From: Paraspadella gotoi
Taxonomy: Eukaryota; Animalia; Chaetognatha
Direction: 5' to 3'
NCBI GenBank assembly: GCA_051294375.1
Contig: CM119267.1
Location: 6,736,251-6,800,250 of the forward strand
DNA length: 64,000 bases
Shown: in pieces, positions 52,324-64,000 of the stretch
Position numbering within the stretch: the stretch's first letter is position 1
How the letters are laid out: the number at the start of each line of letters is the position of its first letter
Translations under genes and position numbers: made by a program
The notes under the pieces: model-generated
What the model was told of the DNA's origin: nothing
Databases searched by the model: none
Seen by the model: only the letters and a program-made list of their open reading frames with translations

Positions 52324-53807
52324 TTGTCGTCAAATATCTAAATTCGAAATCCTCCGATTCGTCTTTTCTACAAGAAGCAGACGATGATGGCAACGTTTTA
52401 GTTTTTTTAACAACGTTCCATTTTAGTTTAATCTATATCCTTATTAATTTTAAAATTCATCTCCATCGCCGAGCGATAATGCGATTATGTTATTACTTTT
52501 GGTAAAATGATATCTTCAAATATTTTGATATTCTTTAGTCTTTACGATGGCAGCCTGTTACATTTAATATATATATTATATATATGAAATAAAAAACCCG
52601 TCATCCTCTGAATTCCACCCTTGACTCCCCAACATTAAAATGGAGATTAAATAATCTGGGGACGAGGCGGGCGACGTCGCAGATTTAAACATTTTAAACT
52701 TAACACTTAAATTAAACTGTAAGTCTCGAAACAGGGAAGTTGGTTGACCGCTCAGAAATTGAAAATTAATTGATATTTCAACCGCTCACTTTTCGGATTT
52801 AAAAAAAAATCTATCTAAAAATATACAACATGTCAGATATGAAATAAAAGAATTTCTGTCTCTTTCGACTGATATTTTCTACCGCGAGGGTGGAAAATCT
52901 AAATTATTATCTCACTCGATGGCTCCAATATTTGTCGAGGCGTCATAAAACCGCAGATTTGCAATCCTTCTTTTTAACTATAAGTTTCTCCCTTCTCCGA
53001 CTAATTCGATCTCTCATTCCGGGAATGTCGGATTAAAAAAAAAACGTCAGATTGAAAACGTCAAACTCTTTAAGAATCGAAATGTAAATTAATATCGCGA
53101 AGAGGAAAGAGAATAAAGGAAAGAATAAAGAAAAGAAAAAAGGAAAGGAACAAAACTGGTTTCCGTTCCGACGAAGCGGATTTAAAAAAAAAACAAATCA
53201 AGTTTATTAATTGAAACGCGGCTGGATTATCATGTTAATACAAAGGCTCGGTCAGTAATCTTAGCCTTTAATTAAATCGATATGATTTCACTTTTACATT
53301 ATTTAATTATGCATTATAATTCTATTTTTAATTACATTATCGGCTTAGGTTTCGTCGAAAAATTGCCGAACAGACACACGAAATAAAATAAAAATAAAAT
53401 AAAATAAAAGAATAACATCGCTCAATGAGAAATGCAATTGTGCACACTGTACAATGGTAGTTCTTTTAAGTGCCGTTCGATGAGAGGCGCAGTTGTGCGC
53501 GGTTCGTAGCTCCGTTGTCGTCGTCGTCATTGTTTCCAAGTCGTCGTCTCCGACCCTCGATCCTGTTTCGTCTCGCATAAAAGTGGAAAGAGATGGCGAT
53601 AGTTTTTGACGGGGAATCCCATCAACGGACAACGACAGCATTCGGCGACTTAATCCGCGATCCTCACCCGAACCTGACCCACTTTCTGGAAAAAGGGGGG
53701 GAATCCAAAGCAGTCGCCACATTCCGTCGAGAGAGGAGGGAACTCGGGAATGGAGAAAAATGAGAGTAAGGAAAAGAGGAAATGGAGAAAAGAAGAGAGA
53801 AGTAAAG

Positions 53808-54087
53808 AAACAAGAACGGAACTTCAAATGCGTGTTGCGCCGCAGTGGATTGCTTAGCCCTTCTTTTATTCTTTATAGTTTTATGATTTCCTGAAGACGG
53901 AGTCAGCAGTCACTTAGATTTGAGGTTTTTTTCCTGTCTTAACAAATGAGCAACCGACCAAAAGCGAGTTATGAGCGTTTTCAACGTAAGTGGGACAGAC
54001 TGACGGACAGACATACCGACCAACCGACCGACCGACCGACCGACCGACAGACAGACCGAAAAGTGACTTAGTTGCTCTGCGAGTAAC
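53808..54087 (-). mobile_element. HINE element, 5'-damaged copy
   Basis: + strand aaacaagaacgg...gttgcgccgcag...gatttgaggttttttcctgtcttaacaaatgag...(ACCG)n...gaccgaaaagtgacttagttgctc is the reverse complement of the 50844 family. Confidence 0.75.
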
Positions 54088-54394
54088 GTGTGACTAGAAG
54101 GAGTTAGAGGGGAAAGAAATATTTCAGAAAGGCAACTGGACACTGCATTGGAGGATCGTAAAAATAAAGGGAGGGTGGAAAAGTATGGAATCCACACTTT
54201 TCCAGTATGAATTAATAGAACTAGAAGAGAGGAATACTATGGGAACGAAGAACGAAAAAGTATTGCTTATTATGAGAAACTAGAAAAAGAAAAGAGAAGT
54301 CGAAAGAATGATGAAAAAAATTATTCAAATAAAATATGGAAAAAAGACAAATAATTAAAGATGAAGAAAAAAGAGATGAGATTAGAAATTGAGG

Positions 54395-54475
<81 letters not shown>

Positions 54476-54625
54476 GAAATAGTAATGATCAAGCGCGCAT
54501 CACTGAGTAATAATCATATTTTCCTTCTCCCCTTTTCTTCCCATCTCCCTCTCTTTTCTCCTCAACTTCTCCCCGAATCTCCCTCCCATTCTCCTCCTCC
54601 TCATTCTTCTTCTTCTTCTTCTTCT

Positions 54626-54672
<47 letters not shown>

Positions 54673-54870
54673 TTCAGGATTTCATCGCCGCATGAGATGA
54701 ATTTTTTTCCCGCCGATTGACGCCCCCCTTTTTTTTCGTCTCCTCGTCTTCTTCCTCGCGTTCGTCGTTTTCTTCGTCCTCTCGTAACTTCGTTTTTCTT
54801 CGGTCTTTTTTCCTCGTCTTCGTCATCTTTCACGACTTTCCCTTTCACCCTTCTTTTTCCCTCTCTCTCC

Positions 54871-54925
<55 letters not shown>

Positions 54926-55559
54926 CTCTCTCTCTCTCTCTTCTCTCTCTCGATCTCATCTCCCCTCACCCCCTCTCCACGTACTAATCGGTCTATGGAT
55001 GGGACCGAGAGAGAAAACTGTTAAATCATTTCCTCCTTCTCTTCTCCACTTTTCCTCGTTTCCTCCTCGATTTTTCCTCCGCCTTCTTCGCCTCACTCAC
55101 CTCCTTCCTCGCCTCACCCGCTCGAGGCCCGACGCTTCTCTGGGTAAGTAAATTCTTCTTTCCGTTATTTTTATTTTTAATTTTTATTAGTTTTTTTTTA
55201 CTCTCTCTTTTTGGCTATTTTCGTATTCATAGTTTTTTGTTTTTTTTTTAACGGGAGGGGGTAGTTATTTTTTGGGGGTTTATTTGTTGTTGTTTTTGTT
55301 TCGTTTGTTTGTTACGATTGTTTCGTTCGAGTAAGACCTACTCTGCCTCCTTCCTATCTAAATAAACTGACGCGAACTACATTGTTTTTCATTAAAGTTC
55401 TCTCTCTCTCTCTCTTCTCTCTCCTCTCTCTCTCTCCTCTCCTCTCTCTCTCTCTCTCTCTCTCTTTCTCTAATGAAACTGTTGGAAAGGCGAGGAATGA
55501 ACAAGAATAAAAGAGAAAGGGAAAATTAAAAAAATAGAAAATAAAAAAAATAAAAAGTT

Positions 55560-56722
55560 CATTCTTCAATCTATCCAATGGCAGGTTTAAAAATAAATAA
55601 AAAGAATTCAAAAGTAATAGTGACTATATTTTTTCATAAACTCATTATCCACTGGTACACGTATCCACTGAAACTTTATATCAAGCTTCCGTCATACGTT
55701 TTCCTACCCACCACACAAAATTTCAAACTCAATCTAATCCATCCAATTAGAGTTAAGGAAGTATTTATTGGATTAAAATAAGTTAAAAAAGATTTAGTAA
55801 ATTCGACTTATGTTTATTTCCATTTAAACTAATTATCCACTCACACGATTCCATCGAAATTTTAATAATCCAGCTTTATCAACACAACTTTCCTACCCAC
55901 ACCACAAAATTTTAATTCCAATCCAACCATCCAATCACGAGTTAATTGGAGAGCTTTTTTGGCAATATGGCGACGGCAATATATGCGAACGGACTTGATT
56001 GACTAATTAATTAAATTAATGATTAAATTATATTTACTAAATTGATATAATTAACTGATTAATTATTAGATTTATTAATACATCCTGCAGACTACATTTA
56101 AATATAAAAAGGAAAAAAGAAAGCATAAATCAATTAGTTTAAACAGCGTTTTTTTGTTTTTTTCAATTTTAAAAACTCATTTCCACTCAAACTATTCCCA
56201 TACGAAAACTTGATTTGCCTGTTCAATCACAACAAACTTTCCTACCCTACATAACAAAATTCCCAGGTCAATCAGGCCCCATCCACTCGATGAGCAAATC
56301 GATGTTCAAACTAGTGAATATTATTTTTTTTGTTATTTTTTCCATTATAAACTCCATTTTCACCACATCGGACGATTCCCATCCCGGGTAAATTAATATC
56401 ACCAGCCCTCAATCACACAACTTTCAACCTATCCACACACAAAATTACTTTAAAATCCATCCATCCAATCACGAGTAATTGGTGTTTTTGCTAACGGATG
56501 GGACGGCACGGCACAGGACGCGCACGGACAAGACAGACGGACGCGACGACATCATTTTTTTGCATAATTTATTCATAATTCGAAATGTTCTGACATGATA
56601 TAAGTGTATGTGCCCGAACAATATTGCAGGGGGCAGGACGACGGACCGAAAAAGTGAAGTTATGAAAAAAAGTGAGGTTATAGAGTCGGGATCTGCTGAT
56701 AAGCAGGATCCGACTAAAAAAA
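55560..56722 (-). mobile_element. second HINE-type family with ~180-bp central tandem repeats (3'-truncated)
   Basis: Minus strand starts tttttttAGTCGGATCCTGCTtatcAGCAGATCCCGACTctataa (T-run plus 5' hairpin). A degenerate (GTCC/GTCT)n block follows at ~56495-56545, then about 4 diverged ~180-190-bp units sharing ttcctacccac...caaaatt...atccatccaatcacgag (near 55700, 55890, 56240, 56430). Confidence 0.55.
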
Positions 56723-56849
56723 AGATCGATTCATTCCGCGCAACGAAACAAAGGAAATGCAATTATACAAACAGAAAACAATAACATAAAGGCACGAGAG
56801 AGCAAATTGTATCTTTTTAAAAAAAAAAATTAATTCATTCAGGCTTATA

Positions 56850-57182
56850 TTTTTTAGTTGCGCCGCGAGTACTAGCGCGAGCAACTCTATAAAGTCACTT
56901 TTCGGTCGGTCTGTACGGTCGTATTGTCTGTCCGTCGGTCTGCTTCTACACTCTCACTTATGTTAAAATGCATATAATTCGCATAATGGATGGCTTACTC
57001 ATTTGTTAAGACAGGAAAAAACCTCAAATACTCAGGGAACTGCTTGAAAAAACCTCGATTTCAGTGATAAAAAAGTTTTATTACTCACATCACTGACATG
57101 TCATATCATGTGATCAAAAGGAATCTATACGTGAAAATAAAATCACTGACAGCGCAGCACATTGGAATAACCGTTCTTGTTT
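56850..57182 (+). mobile_element. HINE element, duplicate of 50844-51163 inside the 5-kb duplication
   Basis: Near-identical to 50844-51163 with scattered 1-nt insertions. Confidence 0.7.
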
Positions 57183-57409
57183 CATTCATTTTTTCTCGCT
57201 TTTTTCTTTACATGTTTTTGTATTTACTTTTTCTACCTTTCTATTGTGTATAGACTTTCGATTTCGTATGTTTATGGGCATTAGAGAAAAACAATTTTTA
57301 TTTTGTTTGACAACTCTCTCCTCATCTCTCTTCTCTCTCTCTCTCTCTCTCTACTACGTCTCTCTCCTCTGAAACTCAATGTTAAAGAGAAAAACTTGAA
57401 TATTGTCAA

Positions 57410-57455
57410 ACACTGATGAAGACTCTAAAAAATAACAGAGTCGAAACATGTCTGT
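57410..57455 (+). ncRNA. duplicate of the minimal hammerhead inside the 5-kb duplication
   Basis: Same motif with a slightly longer stem II loop; inverted arms at ~57280-57314 and ~57474-57510. Confidence 0.6.
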
Positions 57456-58268
57456 CAAATTGTCACTAAATTCGTGTCAAAACAAATAAAAAAATTGTTT
57501 TTCTCCTAATACCTTTCTATTTTAGCTTCATTTCAGTTTCTATCTCTCCTCACCTCTCAATTTTTTCTCCCTATCTTTTTATTTTTCTTCTCCCTCCTTT
57601 TTCTATCTATATTGTGGATAAGGGTCCAGTATAAGGTGAGGGCTGATAGTGTACTAATTCCGCAACTTCTAGGCCCCCTCAACAGCAATGGAACAGGCGT
57701 TTGAGGGTTTTCCAGGCCCCCCAAGGAGGTACTACGCACCGGTCTCCACGCTTCCCGCAGGGTAGTTCCGAGTTGGGATTGACAACCTGCACCTAATGGT
57801 GATGAGCTGAATTGTTTTACTCAATGAGGGCAATCGCGTCACGACTGAAGGCGTCATTGCTTATTAGGCGGGTGTGAACTTGTTGCAAATGACTTTACAA
57901 CTTTAGCTTTTTACAAGCTTCCTCTTTTATTTTAACCTCCTCCTTTCCTATCTCACCTAAATATTATTCTTCATTCCCTCACCTCATTCTTCATTCTCTT
58001 CCCTGTCTTCCCCTTCCTTACTCATCTCCCATCTTTCCCTCACTTCCGCCCTACTTCCTCTCCCCTTCCTTAATTATTCTTCTCCCAAATATCTCCTTTA
58101 TTCAACTTTTTGTTTGTATCGGATTTTCTTTCTTTCTACTTTTTTATTTTTATCCTTGTACATATTCTTTTATTGGATCTCCATAGGCCAGAAGCCATCT
58201 TGTTCCTATTCAACGGAGGAAAAAACAGGCATTAACGGCTTTTGAAAAGAAATTCAATTCTTCAATTT

Positions 58269-58306
<38 letters not shown>

Positions 58307-58328
58307 CCCTCTCTCTGCTCTCTTCTAC

Positions 58329-58372
<44 letters not shown>

Positions 58373-59922
58373 TCGTCAAAATATCTAAATTCGAATCCTA
58401 CCGATTCGTCTTTTACGTACAAGAAGCAGACGATGATGGCAACGTTTTAGTTTTTTAACAAACGTTCCATTTTAGTTTAATTCTATATCACTTATTAATT
58501 TTAAAATTCATCTCCATCGCCGAGCGATAATGCGATATATGTTCATTACTTTTAGGTTAAACATGATAATCTTCAAATATTTTGATATTCTTTAAGTTTA
58601 TACGATAGGCAGCTGTTACATTAATATATATATATTATATATATGAAATAAAAAACCCGTCATCCTCTGAATTCCACCCTCTGACTCCCCAACATTAAAA
58701 TTGGAGATTAAATAATCTGGGGACGAGGCGGGCGACTCGTCGCAGATTTAAACATTTTAAAACTTAACACTTAAATTAAAACTGTAAGTCTCGAAAAACA
58801 GGGAAGTTGGTTGAACCGCTCAGAAATTGGAAAATTAATTGATTATTTCAACGCTCACTTTTCGGATTTTAAAAAAAAAAAATCTATCTAAAAAAATATA
58901 CAACATGTCAGATTATGAAATAAAAGAATTTCTGTCTCTTCGACTGATATTTTTCTACCGCGAGGGTGGAAAAATCATAAATTATTATCATCACTCGATG
59001 GCCATCCAATATTCTGTCGAGGCGTCATAAACCGCAGATTTTGCAATCCTTCTTTTTAACTATAAGTTTCTCCTTCTCGACTAATTCGATCTCTCATTCC
59101 GGGGAATGTCGATTTAAAAAAAAACGTCAGATTGAAAACGTCAAACTCTTTAAGAATCGAAATGTAAAATTAATATCGCGAAGAGGAAAAGAGAATAAAG
59201 GAAAGAATAAAGAAAAAGAAAAAAGGAAAGGAACAAAACTGGTTTCCGGTTCCGACCCGAAAGGCGGATTTAAAAAAAAACAAATCAAGTATTATTAATT
59301 GAAACGCGGCTGGATTATCATGTTAATACAAAGGCTCGTCAGCATAATCTTAGCCTTTAATTAAATCGATATGATTTCACTTACATTATTTTAATTATGC
59401 ATATAATAATTCTATTTTTAATTACATTATCGGCTTAGGTTTCGTCGAAAAATTTGACCGAACAGACACACGAAATAAAAATAAAAATAAAAATAAAATA
59501 AAAGAATAACATCGCTCAATGAGAAATGCAATTGTGCACCAACTGTACAATGGTAAGTTCTTTTAAGTGCGTTCGATGAGAGAGCGCAGTCTGTGCGCGG
59601 TTCGTAGCTCCGTTGTCGTTCCGATCGTCAATTGTTTCCAAGTCGTCGTCTCCGACCCTCGATCCTGTTTTCGATCTCGCATAAAAGTGGAAAGAGATGG
59701 CGATAGTTTGACGGGGAATCCCAATCAACGGAACAACGACAGCATTCGGCGACTTTAATCCGCAGATCCTTCACCCGAACCTGGACCCACTTTCTGGAAA
59801 AAAGGGGGGGAATCCAAAGCATCGCCACATTCCGTCGAGAGAGGAGGGAAACGTCGGGAATGGAATAAAAATGAGAGTTAAGGAAAAGAGGAAATGAGAG
59901 AAAAGCAAGAGCAGAAGTAAAG

Positions 59923-60226
59923 AAACAAGAACGGAACTTCAAATGCGTGGTTGCGCCGCAGTTGGATTGCTTACCCCTTCTTTTATTCTTTTAGTTATTA
60001 TGATTCCTGAAGACGGAGTCAGCAGTCACTTAGATTTGAGGTTTTTTTCCTGTCTTAACAAATGAGCAACCGACCAAAAGCGAGTTATAGAGCGTTTTCA
60101 ACGACTAAGTAGGGACAGACTGACGGACAGACATAACCGACCAACCGACGTAAACGAAACCGACCGAACGACCGACCGACAAGACAGACCGAAAAGTTGA
60201 CTTAGTTGCTCTGCAGAAAGTAACGT
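59923..60226 (-). mobile_element. HINE element, duplicate of 53808-54087 inside the 5-kb duplication
   Basis: Near-identical to 53808-54087 with scattered indels. Confidence 0.65.
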
Positions 60227-61122
60227 GTGAACTAGGAAGGAGTTAGAGGGGAAAGAAATATTTCAGAAAGGCAACTGGAACACTCATTGGGCGAGGATCG
60301 TAAAAAATAAAGGGGAGGGTGGAAAAGTATGAGAAATCCACACTTTATCCAGTATAGAATTAATAGAACTTCGAAAGAGGAATACTTATGGGAACGAAGA
60401 ACGAAAAAAGTATTGCTCTATTATGAGAAACTAGAAAAAGAAAAGAGAAGTCGAAAGAATGATGAAAAAAAATTATTCAAATAAAATATGGAAAAAAGAC
60501 AAATAATTAAAGATTTGAAGAAAAAAGAGAATGAGATTTAGAAATTGAGGACTAGAGAGAGAGAGAGAGAAGCAGAGAGAGAGAGGAAGAGAGAGAGAGA
60601 GAGAGAGAGAGAGGAGAAGAAGAGAAGAAGAGAGAGAGAGAGAGAGAGAAGAGAGAGAATAATTAGTATGATCAAGCGCGCATCACTGATAGTAATAATC
60701 ATATTTTCCTTCTCCCCTTTATCTTCCCACTCCCTCTCTTTCTTCTCCTCAACTTCTCCCCGAATCTCCCTACCCATTCTCCTTCCTCCTCATTCTTCTT
60801 CTTCTTTCTTCTTCTTCTTCTTCTTCTTCTTCTTCTTCTCTCTTCCTCTTCTTCTTCTTTCTTCTTTCTATCTCAGAGATTTCATCTCCGCATGAGATGA
60901 ATTTTTCCCGTCCGAATTGAACGCCCCCCTATATTTTTATTTTTTCGATCCTCGTCTTCTTCCATCGCGTTCGTCGTTTTCTTCGTCCTCTCGTCTTCGT
61001 TTTCTTCGTCATTTTTTCCTCGTCTTCGTCATCATTTTCACGACTTTACCCTTTCACCCTTCTTTTTCCCTCTCTCTCCTCTCTCTCTCTCTCCTCTCTC
61101 TCTCTACTCTCTCTCTCTCTCT

Positions 61123-61160
<38 letters not shown>

Positions 61161-62983
61161 ACGTCTCATCTCCACCTCACCCCCTCTCCACGTCTTAATC
61201 GGTCTAATGGATGCGGACGAGAGAGAAAAACTGTTTAAATCATTTCCTGCTTCTCTTCTACACTTATTACCGCGTTTCACTCCTACGATTTTTCCTCCGC
61301 TTTTCTTCGCCTCACTCACACTCCTTCCTCGCCTCACCCGCTCGCAGGCTCGAGCCCGCTTCTCATGGCGTAAAGCTAAATTCTTCTTCCGTTTATTTTT
61401 ATTTTTAATTTTATTAGTTTTTTTTACTCTCTCTTTGGCTATATATTCGTATTCATAGTTTTTTTGTTTCTTTTTTTTTTTAACGGGAGGGGGGTAGTTA
61501 TTTTTTGGGGGTTTATTTGTTGTTTTGTATTCGTTTGTTTGTTACGATGTTCGTTCGAGTAAGACCTACTCTCCCCTTCCTACTAAAAAACTGACGCGAA
61601 CTACATTGTTTTTTCATTAAAAGTTCCTCCTCTCTCTCTCTACTCCTACTCTCTCTCTCTCTCATCTCTCTCTCTCATCTCATCTCTCTCTCTCTCTCTT
61701 CCTCTAATGAAACTGTTGGGAAAGGCGAGGAAATGAACAAGAATAAAAGAGAATAAGGGAAAATTAAAAAAATAGGAAAATAAAAAAAAAATAAAAAGGT
61801 TATTAGAAATACAAATCGCGACTCGGGGGGGAAAATAGAAGAAAGGGAAATTATTACGAGTCGAAGGTGTGCGCGGGCATTGTATACGTCGCTTGCCTCT
61901 ATTTGTTCCCAGAGAGTAGAGAGAGAGAGAAGAGCAGAGAGAGAGAGAGATATAGATGATGAAATGAGAGAGAGGACAGACTGACGAGANNNNNNNNNNN
62001 NNNNNNNNNNNNNNAGAGAGAGAGAGAGAGAGAGAGAGAGAATCAGTCAACGAACCATTGTCGAGCAATCATCGGGAGAAACGAATGAAAAAAAAAAATA
62101 ATTGAAATGAAAAGAAAATTAATAAAAAAATGAAGAATGAAGGGTTGAGAAGTTGAGTTGAGAAGTTGAGTTGAAGAGTTGAAAAGAGGAAGAGGAAGCG
62201 AGGTGTTGAAAAGGTGAGTATGTTTGTGAAGAGGGCGATAGGATTAGTGAATGGATGAGTTGTTGAAGCAGAAATGATTTATTATATGGAAGGCAAAGAT
62301 GATTTTTTTAAAATTTTGAAGTTTTGAGCTTCAAGGTTAGGGACCAACTCCANNNNNNNNNNTGTCGGTGATTTTCTCTTTCCGTTTCTCGCCGAAGGAT
62401 TTAGTCTGCGCTCCGCTTTACTCGTCCAAAACTTGCCCGACACGTGCCTCTGAGCTCGCCCGACTCTCGCCCGAAAGTCACTCTACGCTATTATACTTCG
62501 TCATAATCTCAGGGGGACGATAGTCAAAAAACAAATCGTTCAAACTAGACAATAGACAATTTCAATAGACAATTTCACTGCCTTATAATTCTTTTTCCCG
62601 GCCAAAGATAATCACTCGTGAATCATGTTTGGGCGTGATTATAATTTATCACCCATTCGTTATTTTTTTTATTTAGAAATCTCTATCAAGACTTGACTCT
62701 TTCTCCGGCTTCTTTCTTCCTTTATTTTCCTTTCTTCTTCCTTAATTCCTTTATCCCTTACTTCTCCCTTCGTCTCCCAGTTTTNNNNNNNNNNNNNNNN
62801 NNNNNNNNNACGGGTCTGGTTTCTACCGAAGGGTAGGGAGTGGAAGAGGGGGAGGTGGAGGGAAGGGGGAGGAAGAAGGGAGAATGGATCGGGAGGGGGA
62901 GGAATTAAGGGGGGAAAGAGTGGGAGGGAGGGGAAAATTTGTAGAGAGAGGGAGAGCAAAAAACGAAAAAAAAGAGAAGAGAA

Positions 62984-63060
<77 letters not shown>

Positions 63061-63459
63061 AGAGAGAGAGAGAGAATGAGAAGAGAAGAGAGAGAAAGAG
63101 ACGGAGAGAGAGAGGAGAGAGAGAGAGAGAGGAAGAGAAAAGAAAGGAAAAGAATAAAAAAAAAAGAGAGAGCTAAAGCCCCATTTAAAAAGTTACTTTG
63201 TTGAAAAAGGAATTTGCTCGAGCAGTTTGCATTGGTGACGTTTCGGTCCATTTAAAACGGGATCAACAACCTGCTTCTGCAACAAAAGCAACAACAACAA
63301 CAACTATCGAAATCACGTGAGATCAAGATTAACTTACCGTTCTATTGTCGTCTCCCAACATTTTTGGTTTTTAATTTAAGCTTCTCTAATACATTAAACG
63401 AACACTGCTTATTTTTTAGTATCTGATAGCTTTATTTTCGATGCATTAAAACGATGTTA

Positions 63460-63625
63460 TGAAATTGGTACAACCAATATAAAAATTATCCATTCATTTA
63501 ATAAATAAGCTACTTCCCTGACTTTGTACAGGCTTTATGGTTTAGGCTCTATAACTCTTAACAAGAAGATAATGACATGAGGAGGTCACCTGCAAGCTTT
63601 CAATCAAGAGCTCGTCTCACAGTCC
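63460..63625 (-). mobile_element. dispersed repeat family, possibly a third Penelope-like pLTR
   Basis: attggtacaaccaatataaaaattatc...ccctgactttg...cctgcaagctttcaatc recurs at ~48520-48645 and partly at ~4860-4920 and ~40430-40460. The minus strand has GAAAGCTT (palindromic stem-III-like), but the core is degenerate. Confidence 0.4.
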
Positions 63626-64000
63626 TTCGTTTATTTCACTCCAGATGTCAGCACTGCTGATGCTGATCAAGTGGTGAGCTGCTGATGCATATAGTGGAGT
63701 GTTCGAATAGAATGTGTTTTGTATTGTAGTGGTAAAAGAACTCCAGGTTATAGTTAGTTATTTTCAGGAAGACGGTGGGCTGCGTTTAGGTGTAAGATAT
63801 GGTGTCATTTTGGTTCGATGGAGGTACGAGGGACTGATGTTTCGAGTCTCTTCTTCTGCCGAACGATAAACCGAATCAGCGCCTTTTTTTTTTTTTTAAC
63901 ACCTTTTTATGGCTGAGAGAGGGAGAGAGAGGAGAGATAGAGAGAGAGAGAAGAGAGAGAGAGAGAAGAGAGAGAGGAGAGAGAGAGAGAGAGAAGAGAG

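Larger units (their letters stand above)
50719..61798 (+). repeat. ~4.8-kb direct duplication (50719-55558 and ~56716-61798), probably uncollapsed haplotype or long-read gap-fill
   Basis: Colinear throughout; the second copy is ~5% longer through many 1-2 nt insertions; a 25-N gap follows shortly. Confidence 0.9.

Overview
Eukaryotic (most likely animal) scaffold, AT-rich and saturated with microsatellites ((GA)n/(CT)n, (GAC)n, (GAT)n, purine tracts). It has many N gaps, several exactly 25 N, and stretches that look like noisy long-read gap-fill. Almost all ORFs in the supplied track are microsatellite artefacts. The only gene I can recognise is the 3' end of a CTHRC1-like gene: two spliced + strand exons (1328-1447, 2899-3602), with the conserved C-terminal domain split by an in-frame ~180-aa low-complexity insertion. 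The rest is mainly mobile DNA: a multi-copy Helentron/DINE-1-like (HINE) family, Penelope-like pLTR remnants with minimal hammerhead ribozyme motifs inside inverted repeats, a 2.4-kb non-autonomous TIR transposon seen as both empty and filled site, tRNA-derived fragments, and minisatellites. Three local duplications are probably haplotype or gap-filling artefacts. Several orphan candidate exons cannot be assigned. All homology calls are from memory of the families; no database searches were run.
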